This document shows positions 9,652-17,731 of a stretch of 64,000 bases of DNA, piece by piece. The notes under the pieces were generated by a model. That model did not search any database and had not been told where the DNA came from. It saw only the letters and a list, made by a program, of their open reading frames with translations. Both the position numbers and the translations under genes were made by a program. Source of the stretch: a virus; IMG/VR virus record IMGVR_UViG_3300032173_000002, positions 36,373-100,372 of that record. One strand, 5' to 3'. The stretch's first letter is position 1. Each line of letters begins with the position of its first letter.

Positions 9652-10473
9652 ATGAGGAGTGCAAGTGAAGTAATTAGACTATGGGAAGATGCTGATGAGG
9701 ATTCTTCCCAGCAAAGTGTTTCTAATCTGGGTGCTATTCCTAATCCTGCGGCAGGAGTAGTGACTATCCAGCATCCAAATCGAATTCGCAGGAGATTCAA
9801 GAAAACAAAGTGGCCTTGGGGCTACGAAGACAGGGAGGACAGAAAAATGTCGAGGGCTAAGGATTTCCTGGGCATATTTGAGCAGGATGAGCCGGCTGTA
9901 ATGGATGTTACGCCTGGGGAAGTAGAGACTTCAGTAGAGGAGAAACCGATTGACAAAGAGGAGCTTCTCACTAAGATCTCATCTATGAAGGATCTTATTG
10001 ATGGGTCTATGGACACTTGTATAGCTACCATCAAGAGAGCAGAGACGGATGACGAGATTAAGATGGCGTCTTCTGTACTCCGGGCAACCCTGAGTGGGGT
10101 TGTGAGTGGTTTTCAGGAGGGGCGTAACAAGCCAAAGGTGAGGAAGCGGGAAGTTCGAGAGCAGGCCTGGCTAGACACGGGAGAAGTAGACTTATGTGCT
10201 AACTATGATCCGGATGAGGCTTCTTGCAAGTCCGGCTGCTCAAGTGAAGTGGTAGTGGCAGGCGATGTGTGTCCTTACATACAGGACCAATCTGTGTGTG
10301 ACTGCTATTTGGCGGAGTCGGGTGAGTCGCAAAAGAAAGTCCGGGAGCAATTTGATTGTGGTAACTTAATTGAGGGTGAAATATGCGAAACAGGATGTCC
10401 AACAGAAGGGGTAGATAAGGGTAGCAAGTGTCCATTTTTAGGTAGTCAAATGGGCTGTGGCTGTTATCAATAG
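9652..10473 (+). CDS. Leader-bearing protein with two 6-Cys modules; probable internal start at 9847
   Basis: MRSASEVIRLWED and internal MSRAKDFLGIFEQ; repeated C-x-N...C-x-[ST]GC...CP[YF]...CxCY. Confidence 0.65.
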   Translation: MRSASEVIRLWEDADEDSSQQSVSNLGAIPNPAAGVVTIQHPNRIRRRFKKTKWPWGYEDREDRKMSRAKDFLGIFEQDEPAVMDVTPGEVETSVEEKPIDKEELLTKISSMKDLIDGSMDTCIATIKRAETDDEIKMASSVLRATLSGVVSGFQEGRNKPKVRKREVREQAWLDTGEVDLCANYDPDEASCKSGCSSEVVVAGDVCPYIQDQSVCDCYLAESGESQKKVREQFDCGNLIEGEICETGCPTEGVDKGSKCPFLGSQMGCGCYQ

Positions 10474-10482
10474 GAGCTTGAA

Positions 10483-10713
10483 ATGACTAAAGCAGCTAAT
10501 CTGATCCGCGAGCTTTCTGAAGAGGAAGCTCCTCGCTGCGTCAATTTGGGGAGTGATCAGCAATGTGTCACAGGCTGTATGGTCCGTGAGGAGGGGATAG
10601 TTCCCCAGGGTGCACCTTGTCCCCACTTGGATTCATTCACTGTATGTCCGTGCTATCAGGCTTCCAGACCTTACAGGAAGCCCTGGGAAGGGAAGACGAA
10701 GAAAGGCCCATGA
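10483..10713 (+). CDS. Leader plus one 6-Cys module
   Basis: MTKAANLIRELSEE followed by CVN...CVTGC...CPH...CPCY. Confidence 0.7.
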   Translation: MTKAANLIRELSEEEAPRCVNLGSDQQCVTGCMVREEGIVPQGAPCPHLDSFTVCPCYQASRPYRKPWEGKTKKGP

Positions 10714-10958
10714 ACATAGTTTCGAGGGCTCGGCGAGTCCAAGATGCGCTTGGAGAACCCCTTAGCGAAGGAGACTCTACAGTTCTCTACTTTACAAGAG
10801 TTTTTGTAGGTGGCCCTTTTGCTGGAGTGGCTATGAATGACTATAAGCTTTTCTCCTCCGCCAAGGAAGCAATCGAGTGGGCTAAGAAAGGCAAGGAGGG
10901 AATTGAAAATTGGAAAGTGATCAAGGCTTCTTTCCAGAAGTATTGGAGGGACAGGTAA
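10710..10958 (+). CDS. Leader-bearing hypothetical protein
   Basis: ATGA overlap; MNIVSRARRVQDALGE. Confidence 0.6.
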   Translation: MNIVSRARRVQDALGEPLSEGDSTVLYFTRVFVGGPFAGVAMNDYKLFSSAKEAIEWAKKGKEGIENWKVIKASFQKYWRDR

Positions 10959-10959
10959 G

Positions 10960-11331
10960 ATGGGTTTGGCCAGAGATGTTTTGAAACTGGTGGAAGAGAT
11001 AGAGAAGGGGGGATCGCTGAGGTTTAAGAGGACCCTTAAATCTGGCTCTTGGTTAAGGCCAGGAAGCTTTGCGCCTCACAGGTCGAAGTGGGGTATTTAT
11101 TCGAAGGACGGAAAGATTTTGGGTATTCTTCAGCATGGGGGTGGAAACAATGGCTGGTGCGTATTGGATGCTGTGACTAGGAAACCCGTGACTAATAGTG
11201 ATCAGCTATTGAATTTTAGACAGGCCTGGGATGCGGCCAAGGGAATTTTTTCAGGAGCGCCAATCTCCCAGGAGACTGGTGGGGCTGTATTGCCCTCCTC
11301 TGAATCTTTGATTCTTAGGAGAATGAGGTGA
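10960..11331 (+). CDS. Leader-bearing hypothetical protein
   Basis: MGLARDVLKLVEE. Confidence 0.65.
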   Translation: MGLARDVLKLVEEIEKGGSLRFKRTLKSGSWLRPGSFAPHRSKWGIYSKDGKILGILQHGGGNNGWCVLDAVTRKPVTNSDQLLNFRQAWDAAKGIFSGAPISQETGGAVLPSSESLILRRMR

Positions 11332-11335
11332 GCAG

Positions 11336-11608
11336 TTGAAAGGGAATAATGTTGCTCTGGACTACTTGTATTCTTTAGCTACTCACAGACCTGCTTCTTG
11401 GGATTTCATAGACTCCACTGACTTTAGTTTACTCCCTTCCTGGGTCAGGTCTTATCTGGAGGGATTGGAGGTCCGCGAAGTAAGTGGTAATCCGGAGTCT
11501 ACAGGAGAGGATTGTCTGTTACGGAGGGAGGGACAATTGTTCTGGGTAAGTATAGGTGCTCGTTATTTGAGAATTGAGAATTTTGTAGCAAAGGGAGGTG
11601 ACTTATGA
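11336..11608 (+). CDS. Hypothetical protein
   Basis: ORF in operon context. Confidence 0.45.
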   Translation: MKGNNVALDYLYSLATHRPASWDFIDSTDFSLLPSWVRSYLEGLEVREVSGNPESTGEDCLLRREGQLFWVSIGARYLRIENFVAKGGDL

Positions 11609-11814
11609 AATATGGAGTGTGGTGGATAGATGCTGATCAGAAAGAGCAGAAGGAGTATTTCGACACTGAGGATGCAAGGATGGCGAAGGTCAAGGAGTTG
11701 ATGGCCACTAACTTGCCCTGGAAGCTGATACCGGAGCATAGGGTTGCGGGATCAAGCATGACAACAGCTAAGGATGTCCTTAAACTGGTGGAAGAGATAG
11801 GCTCAAGAGGCTAA
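11605..11814 (+). CDS. Hypothetical protein ending in a leader copy
   Basis: SD GGAGGTGA; C-terminal MTTAKDVLKLVEEIG. Confidence 0.55.
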   Translation: MKYGVWWIDADQKEQKEYFDTEDARMAKVKELMATNLPWKLIPEHRVAGSSMTTAKDVLKLVEEIGSRG

Positions 11815-11843
11815 ACAACTATAACAGAAGGAGGTAACAAACA

Positions 11844-12377
11844 ATGGCATATCGAATCATACCTACCGATCCAACAAAGACGCTGTTTATCAAGACTAAC
11901 GATGGGGAAATCTACCATACTTTCGCTAGTGGATCTACGCCGTATTGGATTGTCGTGTCCAATTCGGTGTACGATGAGATTGACGACAGTGTAGAGCGAT
12001 TGAAAGAATCTGGAGCGCTGAGTGTTAGTGTAGTCCAGGATTTCTCCCCCATAAAAGACCCAGTTAGGGTGGTTGCGACTAGCAACATTACTCTGGCTAA
12101 TCAGCAGACAATTGATGGTGTTGCTGTTGTTGCAGGGGACAGAGTGCTGGCTGCGGGACAGACTGATGCTAAGACCAAAGGTATTTATGATGTAGCTTCT
12201 GGGGCAAACTGGACTCGCTCCGGTGATTTTGATGCTTCCTACAAGATTCAGGGTGGGGTTCTGATCCCGGTAGCTGAGGGAACAGCTAATCATGATACCA
12301 TCTGGATCTTGACGACAGACGACCCGATTATTTTGGGAACTACCAGTCTTACCTTTGAAGCTTACGCCTCCCTGTAA
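11844..12377 (+). CDS. Virion structural protein (head decoration or fibre-like domain)
   Basis: VRVVATSNITL...TIDGV...GDRVL...GIY...WTR domain common in phage virion proteins; shares the 16-nt RBS AGAAGGAGGTAACAAA with the major capsid gene. Confidence 0.65.
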   Translation: MAYRIIPTDPTKTLFIKTNDGEIYHTFASGSTPYWIVVSNSVYDEIDDSVERLKESGALSVSVVQDFSPIKDPVRVVATSNITLANQQTIDGVAVVAGDRVLAAGQTDAKTKGIYDVASGANWTRSGDFDASYKIQGGVLIPVAEGTANHDTIWILTTDDPIILGTTSLTFEAYASL

Positions 12378-12417
12378 GGTGACTATATTGTGATGCCCTG
12401 CGAAGGGAGGTGATAGA

Positions 12418-13824
12418 GTGGGTAGATTGATCAGAGGAGTGTTTGATCCAGGGGTCAAGTTCGAGTTTGTGGAAGGTGCGCCAGGGGAAGTGGACGGGGA
12501 GCATATCCTGGGTAAGGTGCGAGGGAGGTTCTTCGTCCCTGGTGGAGTTTCTCGGAATTCCCGTTACTATCCTCCAGAAGTATGGGAACGACAGCTTGGT
12601 CTTGAAGAAGTAAAGTCCAGGCTGGAGAACAAGCAGATGTTCGGAACGATTGGCCACGAGGATGAGATTAGTGATAAGAATCTTCGTGATGGAAAGATGT
12701 CGCATATTGTTACTCGTCTCACTCCTGACGGACAGAACTGCGAGGCCTTGATTCTGAACACACCTGCCGGGAAGGTGCTAAATACAGTTCTTCGTGCCGG
12801 GGCAAAGTTGTATGTTTCCAGCAGAGCAGATGGAGAGTATAAGGGAACGCACAATGGGGTTCCTATGGTTGACCCAGAGAAGTTCAAACTGGAGGGTTTT
12901 GATTTTGTTTTAGATCCTGGATTCCTGGAGGCAAACCCAGGTCTAGTGGAAAGTTACAAAGCTGATTTTGATTCTGTTCTTGGAGGTGATGCAATTCCGA
13001 AGAGAAATTTTACTGAAAAGGAGGTAGTGAAATCTATGGAACAAGAATTTGCAGAGGCCTTGATGAAGAAGAATAGTCGTCTGGAGGAGGAACTTAATCG
13101 GGTGTTAGGTGAACTTCAGATGCAGACTTCTAGAGCCAATAGTTTGGAGGCTGAGAGGTCAGTTTGGTCTCAGAAAGAAAGGGATCTCACCGAAACTAAG
13201 AAAGCCTTGGAAAGTGCGCAGGCTTCTCTGAAAGAGTATGAGTCTTTGGGGACTCCTTCGGAGATTTCCAGAGCATTTGACTTAGCTATGAAAATGAAGG
13301 AGTCTTTCAAGGAGCTTGGCACCCCGAAAGAGATTTCCAGGGCATTTGATTTGGCAGCTAAGAGGTTGAGGGAGTACAAGTCCCTTGGATCAGTTTCTGA
13401 GATTAGGAAAGCTCTTGATCTTGCTCGCAAACTTCTGGAAGCTTACAAGCCTCTTGGAAGGCCGGGAGAGATCAAGGCTGCTTTCGATAAGGCAGAGGGA
13501 TTTATCAGGAGAGTCCGGGAGACTCAAAAGAAGAAAAAGGTTGAGGCCTTATCGAAGGAACTGGGTGTCCCTGAGAAGGATATTACCAAAGTCCTGGGCA
13601 AGCCAGTGAAGGAGGAGGATATAAAGGACTTGGTGAAATCGCTCAGAGAGAGCACCAAGGCTAAGGACAGGTTCGGTGCTCGGCCCAAGGACAAGGATTC
13701 GGGCGGTTCCGATAACGAGTCTAGGGGCGTTGACTTCAGCGAGTCCTTAGCAGACAGGCTGTCCAGGCAGTTCAATCGGACAGTCCCAACTTCGAAGAAG
13801 AAAGTAAGTCCAATTAACAGTTAG
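12418..13824 (+). CDS. Prohead protease (T4 gp21-like) fused to a scaffold domain
   Basis: RNSRYY, GTIGH, VSSRADG, FDFVLDPGFLEA motifs; coiled-coil C-terminal half with four ~21-aa LGTPxEIxxAFDLA repeats. Confidence 0.85.
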   Translation: MGRLIRGVFDPGVKFEFVEGAPGEVDGEHILGKVRGRFFVPGGVSRNSRYYPPEVWERQLGLEEVKSRLENKQMFGTIGHEDEISDKNLRDGKMSHIVTRLTPDGQNCEALILNTPAGKVLNTVLRAGAKLYVSSRADGEYKGTHNGVPMVDPEKFKLEGFDFVLDPGFLEANPGLVESYKADFDSVLGGDAIPKRNFTEKEVVKSMEQEFAEALMKKNSRLEEELNRVLGELQMQTSRANSLEAERSVWSQKERDLTETKKALESAQASLKEYESLGTPSEISRAFDLAMKMKESFKELGTPKEISRAFDLAAKRLREYKSLGSVSEIRKALDLARKLLEAYKPLGRPGEIKAAFDKAEGFIRRVRETQKKKKVEALSKELGVPEKDITKVLGKPVKEEDIKDLVKSLRESTKAKDRFGARPKDKDSGGSDNESRGVDFSESLADRLSRQFNRTVPTSKKKVSPINS

Positions 13825-13841
13825 AAGGAGGTAACAAAAAT

Positions 13842-15257
13842 ATGCCGGAAATGCAAGAAGCTTTAGCAGAGGCGCGAGTTAATAAGATGCGGCGGGAGGC
13901 CGAGCGCCTGTATGAGAGATATCCCAAACAAATGAACACCCTGGAGAGCAAGTCCTTGCTATCCAGAGTTAGACAGATTGAGTATTGGGATATTTATGGT
14001 CTTGGGAAAATTCTGGAGCAATTTTCCGAAGACCTAAAGATGTTTGAGGAGCAAGGGAATGTGGGGCTACTGGGCGTTATCCCCAACATTGCCTTCGATG
14101 TCTTGACAGTAGCATATGGTGCAAGCATCGTGCCTTTAATCTGCTCGGTACAGCCTATCGAGGAAGAACAGGGCACAGTGTACTTCAAGACAGTTCGGTC
14201 TGCCACCCAGAAGGGGAACTTGACTGCTGGCCAGACCATCTTGGATCCTCGCTCGATTCAGGTAACTCCCTATGCCTTCGCTAGCAACTATGTATCTGGG
14301 GAGGTAGCGGGAACTACTTCCAATGGTGTAACTGAGTATGCCCTGACAACCAATACTACCCCAGTGAGACCGAGAACCTTTTCCGTTGCTATCTCTGAAC
14401 TCTCTGTTTCGGGAGTGGATGATGGTAGCGGGAATATTGCCGGAGTGGGTTGCTCAGGGACAATCGATTACACCACAGGAGTAGTGAACCTGACCCTTGT
14501 GGAAGATCCGGGCGATACTTACAACATCACCTTTAGCTACCAGATCAACTATGAGTTAGCTGAGACTCTTCCGAATATAGATAGTTACTATGCAAGCCAG
14601 ACCATTCTTGCTAAGGTGTTTGCCCTTAGAGGAACTGTCGGCTTGCTGATGAGCTATGGATTAAGGAAGAGATTCGGGCTCATCGCAGAGGATGAGCTTG
14701 CTAAGGATCTGGTGAACGAGATCAATGCGGAAATTGGGGGAACTCTGATCCGTATGATGTATAGCAAAGCAGTGGGAAATACAGATTGGGATCAGACAGT
14801 CCCTGACGGAGTCAGTTGGTTCGAGCACCAGATGAGTTACAAGAAAGCGGTAGCCTATGCAGAGTCCACCATTGTAGGGAATGCCGGTCGCGGGACGATC
14901 AGTGGTTTGATCGTTGGACAATCCCATTCTGCGATCTATGAGACTTTGCCTGGGTTCGAGAAGCTAACCGATGGGAACACCATCGGGCCGCATCTCTTCG
15001 GCACCTTCGATGGAAAGTCGGTTATTCGGGTTCCTGAAACTTCCATGCTGGGGACTTGGAATGGACTTGCTTTCTGGAAGGGTACAAGCCCGTTTGAAGC
15101 TCCTGCGGTGTATTCCCCGTTCATGCCGTTAGTGGTTACAGATTTGCTTCCTATCGGCCTGAACCCGTTGGGAACACAGCGGGCGGCTGCGGTATGGGCT
15201 GGACTGGATGTGTTGGTCGAACGGTTCATTACCAAGCTGACTGTAACTCAGACCTAA
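13842..15257 (+). CDS. Major capsid protein (T4 gp23-like)
   Basis: SVQPI...GTVYF, EINAEI, YSPFMPL motifs; follows the protease; strong RBS; hairpin downstream. Confidence 0.9.
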   Translation: MPEMQEALAEARVNKMRREAERLYERYPKQMNTLESKSLLSRVRQIEYWDIYGLGKILEQFSEDLKMFEEQGNVGLLGVIPNIAFDVLTVAYGASIVPLICSVQPIEEEQGTVYFKTVRSATQKGNLTAGQTILDPRSIQVTPYAFASNYVSGEVAGTTSNGVTEYALTTNTTPVRPRTFSVAISELSVSGVDDGSGNIAGVGCSGTIDYTTGVVNLTLVEDPGDTYNITFSYQINYELAETLPNIDSYYASQTILAKVFALRGTVGLLMSYGLRKRFGLIAEDELAKDLVNEINAEIGGTLIRMMYSKAVGNTDWDQTVPDGVSWFEHQMSYKKAVAYAESTIVGNAGRGTISGLIVGQSHSAIYETLPGFEKLTDGNTIGPHLFGTFDGKSVIRVPETSMLGTWNGLAFWKGTSPFEAPAVYSPFMPLVVTDLLPIGLNPLGTQRAAAVWAGLDVLVERFITKLTVTQT

Positions 15258-15269
15258 GTGAAGTGAAAG

Positions 15270-15307
15270 CCAGAGGGAGAGGTCTTATCCCTCTCCCTCT
15301 GGTGTTT
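15270..15307 (+). terminator. Stem-loop terminator after the major capsid gene
   Basis: Perfect 13-bp stem CCAGAGGGAGAGG/CCTCTCCCTCTGG followed by TGTTT. Confidence 0.7.
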
Positions 15308-15312
15308 GCATT

Positions 15313-15382
15313 CTTGCCTTGGGGCTACAAGGCATGGGGATTTCCCCTAAAAGTCCCCGACTAAAGTCGGGGGAGTAGTCAC
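15313..15382 (+). mobile_element. Probable IS200/IS605-family end remnant (tiny non-autonomous element)
   Basis: Hairpin CCCCGACTAAAGTCGGGG followed by GAGTAGTCAC, resembling IS605-group right ends; second hairpin TGCCTTG/CAAGGCA. Confidence 0.45.
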
Positions 15383-15399
15383 TAAGTCGAGGGAACAGG

Positions 15400-16050
15400 A
15401 TGACTATTAAAGAGATTTTTGAAAAGGTGCTCATTCTATCCGGACAATACCATCTCTCAGTAGATCAAATAGACTTGGACTACCAAGCCTTTGTAAAGCT
15501 GGTGAAGCATACCCTGACTACATTTAATCGTTGGTTCCCAAGGACCATTAGGTATAACAAGAATATCCCGGAGACCTTTTATACCTTCAGCGATGCGGAA
15601 GGAATACCGGATTGGGTTTCTGAGTGTAATCCTATTCAGGTATTGGGAATGCCTTGGCAGCTATTCGATTGGAGAAAACAGAAGCTTCAAGAGAAGCAGT
15701 CCTTTGTATGGGAATATCATAGCGAGACCCATACTCTTTATGTTCAAGCTGGGGGTTTGTTTGAGATCATAGGAGTAATCGGCCATAAGATTACTGTCCC
15801 GGTGGGGAAGGAGGACTCTCCCCAGGATTGGGAGATCACTACAATTAACGAAGTAGAACATGACAAGTTTTTCGAACTGCTCGCAGGAAGGTTTATGTAC
15901 ACAGTAGGCCTTGCCCGTGGCAGCTTTGGTGGCCTTGATCTTGGCTTTACCATAAATTCTCAGTTAATGCTGGATGAGGGGAAGAGGATGATTTCCGAAG
16001 CTACAAGCTGGTTAGAGAAGAACGGGAAACAATATCTGGCATGGGGGTAG
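15400..16050 (+). CDS. Neck / head-completion protein (gp13-like)
   Basis: Position after the capsid gene; GGLDLGFTINSQLMLDEG resembles the gp13 C-terminus. Confidence 0.55.
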   Translation: MTIKEIFEKVLILSGQYHLSVDQIDLDYQAFVKLVKHTLTTFNRWFPRTIRYNKNIPETFYTFSDAEGIPDWVSECNPIQVLGMPWQLFDWRKQKLQEKQSFVWEYHSETHTLYVQAGGLFEIIGVIGHKITVPVGKEDSPQDWEITTINEVEHDKFFELLAGRFMYTVGLARGSFGGLDLGFTINSQLMLDEGKRMISEATSWLEKNGKQYLAWG

Positions 16051-17013
16051 ATGGGGATGGCTCTTACATTGAGGGATATTGCGAATCGGATGCTGTCAGC
16101 CTACCGCAAAGCGGATTACTCTTTAGTGGGGGTACATAATGTGGAAGTGGATGCCTGGGTTGGGACAAAGGCAATCCTCTTTACTGCAGACGTGGATAGT
16201 AGTGAGGGTGGAACTTACGATGTAGGAGTTGAGTTTTTTCAAGTTGTATTCTCCAATGGACCGAAGCCAGGCTGGATTCCTGTAGAGTCTGAAGATGGGG
16301 TGATTTACGCAGAACCACCTTCTATGACCTATAGCAACTGTGCCTTGAAGTGTGCATGTTTTACTGGCGATACTCTGATCCCTCTTGCCGATGGGTATTC
16401 CGTTCCTATCAAAGACCTTGTGGGAAGAGAGGAGTTTTTTGTTTATTCCTATGATTTGGATAAGAAACAGATTACGATTGGAAGAGGACACTCTTGTTGT
16501 CTGACTCGTGAGAATGCTCAAGTTCTTACTGTTCCTTTGGATAACAAGACAGTTATTACCTGCACACCAGATCACCTTTTCCTTATGAAGGACGGTAGGT
16601 ATAAGAAAGCGGAAGACCTTGTTCCAGGGGACTCCTTGCTTCCTCTGTATAGAGATCTGGCTGAAAGTGGTAAAGCTTGTGGAAAGGTTGCTGGTTTCCC
16701 TCTGCCGAAAGATGAGCCTGCTGATGTATATTGTTTTACGGTGGACAAATACGAGAACTTTGCTGTTGATGTTGATCGAGGGGCTTCGCTATCCAGCGGG
16801 GTTTTCGTTCATAACTGCCCTGATTTTCGTTACCGATTTGAGAAACCGTTGTATGATGTCGGCTCGCTCATTGGGAACTGGAGGAGGTATCGCCGGAGGG
16901 TAGGTGCCACAAGAACTATGCCCCCAGTAAATCCACGCCAGATACCTGGCTACTGCAAACATGTTTATTCCTTAGTTCAGGCTTTGGTCAATTCCAGGAT
17001 GGTAAAGGGATAA
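16051..17013 (+). CDS. SWIM zinc-finger protein interrupted by a mini-intein
   Basis: Exteins CA|CPDF...CKH; intein CFTGDT...FVHN. Confidence 0.8.
   Translation: MGMALTLRDIANRMLSAYRKADYSLVGVHNVEVDAWVGTKAILFTADVDSSEGGTYDVGVEFFQVVFSNGPKPGWIPVESEDGVIYAEPPSMTYSNCALKCACFTGDTLIPLADGYSVPIKDLVGREEFFVYSYDLDKKQITIGRGHSCCLTRENAQVLTVPLDNKTVITCTPDHLFLMKDGRYKKAEDLVPGDSLLPLYRDLAESGKACGKVAGFPLPKDEPADVYCFTVDKYENFAVDVDRGASLSSGVFVHNCPDFRYRFEKPLYDVGSLIGNWRRYRRRVGATRTMPPVNPRQIPGYCKHVYSLVQALVNSRMVKG
16357..16815 (+). mobile_element. 153-aa mini-intein without homing endonuclease
   Basis: Block A CFTGDTLI, block B TPDHLF, block F VYCFTV, terminal HN followed by Cys+1. Confidence 0.9.
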
Positions 17014-17020
17014 ATCGGCT

Positions 17021-17482
17021 GTGGGTCTTATCAATTGTGTTCCAGATGTATTTCGAGATAATGTCCCAAAATGGCTAACCCACCTTCAGTCTTACTATGG
17101 ATTGAAGTGTGAGTATTTTTATCCTATTCAGTCCGGTAGTTTTTACTGGACTGAGGATGCTGGCTGTCAGTATGATGCTGAGCCAGCGGAGGTGGAAACC
17201 GATGTAGTGGTTGGAAAAGGAATCTTAGGACAGAGGTTTAAGTCGGATGCTAGCCTCGATATGTTTACAGAGAATTCAACAGTGATTCTTCTTCCTCCAG
17301 AGCGAACGCTACCAAAGGATACCAAGGTCAAGGTGCATCTGGGGAAGGAGATAGCTTCTGGCTCTTTGTTTCAGGAGTTCCGAGTGGAACGAATTGAAGC
17401 AGTATATGCTGCTTCAGGTTCTATCATTAACAAAGCTGTACTGTGGCCTTTCAATGCGCCAGTAGATTATGAAGGAGGGTAA
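17021..17482 (+). CDS. Probable head-closure / neck protein
   Basis: Position and size; beta-rich sequence. Confidence 0.45.
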   Translation: MGLINCVPDVFRDNVPKWLTHLQSYYGLKCEYFYPIQSGSFYWTEDAGCQYDAEPAEVETDVVVGKGILGQRFKSDASLDMFTENSTVILLPPERTLPKDTKVKVHLGKEIASGSLFQEFRVERIEAVYAASGSIINKAVLWPFNAPVDYEGG

Positions 17483-17484
17483 AA

Positions 17485-17691
17485 ATGAGCAAAGCCAGAG
17501 AGTTTTTGGAGATGGAGTTACTAAGTCAAGATCTGCGGAGGGAAGCTGCTGCTGTCGAGGATCATTTGAATAAGTTTTATGATCGTTGGCATCTCGTATT
17601 TAATGATGAGGAGTTAGATGCGATTACCTCAGCTTTGAAGATCCTTCGCAATCTTCAAAAAGTGGACTTGCTGGTCAAGCCTCAGCGTTGA
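17485..17691 (+). CDS. Leader-bearing small protein in the neck region
   Basis: MSKAREFLEMELL; SD GGAGGG. Confidence 0.6.
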   Translation: MSKAREFLEMELLSQDLRREAAAVEDHLNKFYDRWHLVFNDEELDAITSALKILRNLQKVDLLVKPQR

Positions 17692-17712
17692 AGATCCTTC
17701 ACGATCTTCAAA
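17627..17712. repeat. Two 33-bp palindrome-containing direct repeats around a 20-nt spacer
   Basis: CCTCAGC[T/G]TTGAAGATCCTTC[GCA/ACG]ATCTTCAAA at 17627-17659 and 17680-17712; 17662-17681 is identical to 20118-20137. Confidence 0.85.
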
Positions 17713-17731
17713 TGAATGAGTAGGAGATAAA

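Noticed and set aside
183-11814. RiPP cluster (radical SAM + ATP-grasp + leader peptides + Cys-rich cores)
   Set aside because: The leaders sit on folded enzymes, including the ATP-grasp itself; no transporter or RRE is visible; and position next to the prohead protease fits capsid targeting better. Not fully excluded.
17627-17712. Bona fide CRISPR array
   Set aside because: Only two repeats, a short 20-nt spacer, overlap with a CDS and no adjacent cas genes; kept only as a repeat and a finding.
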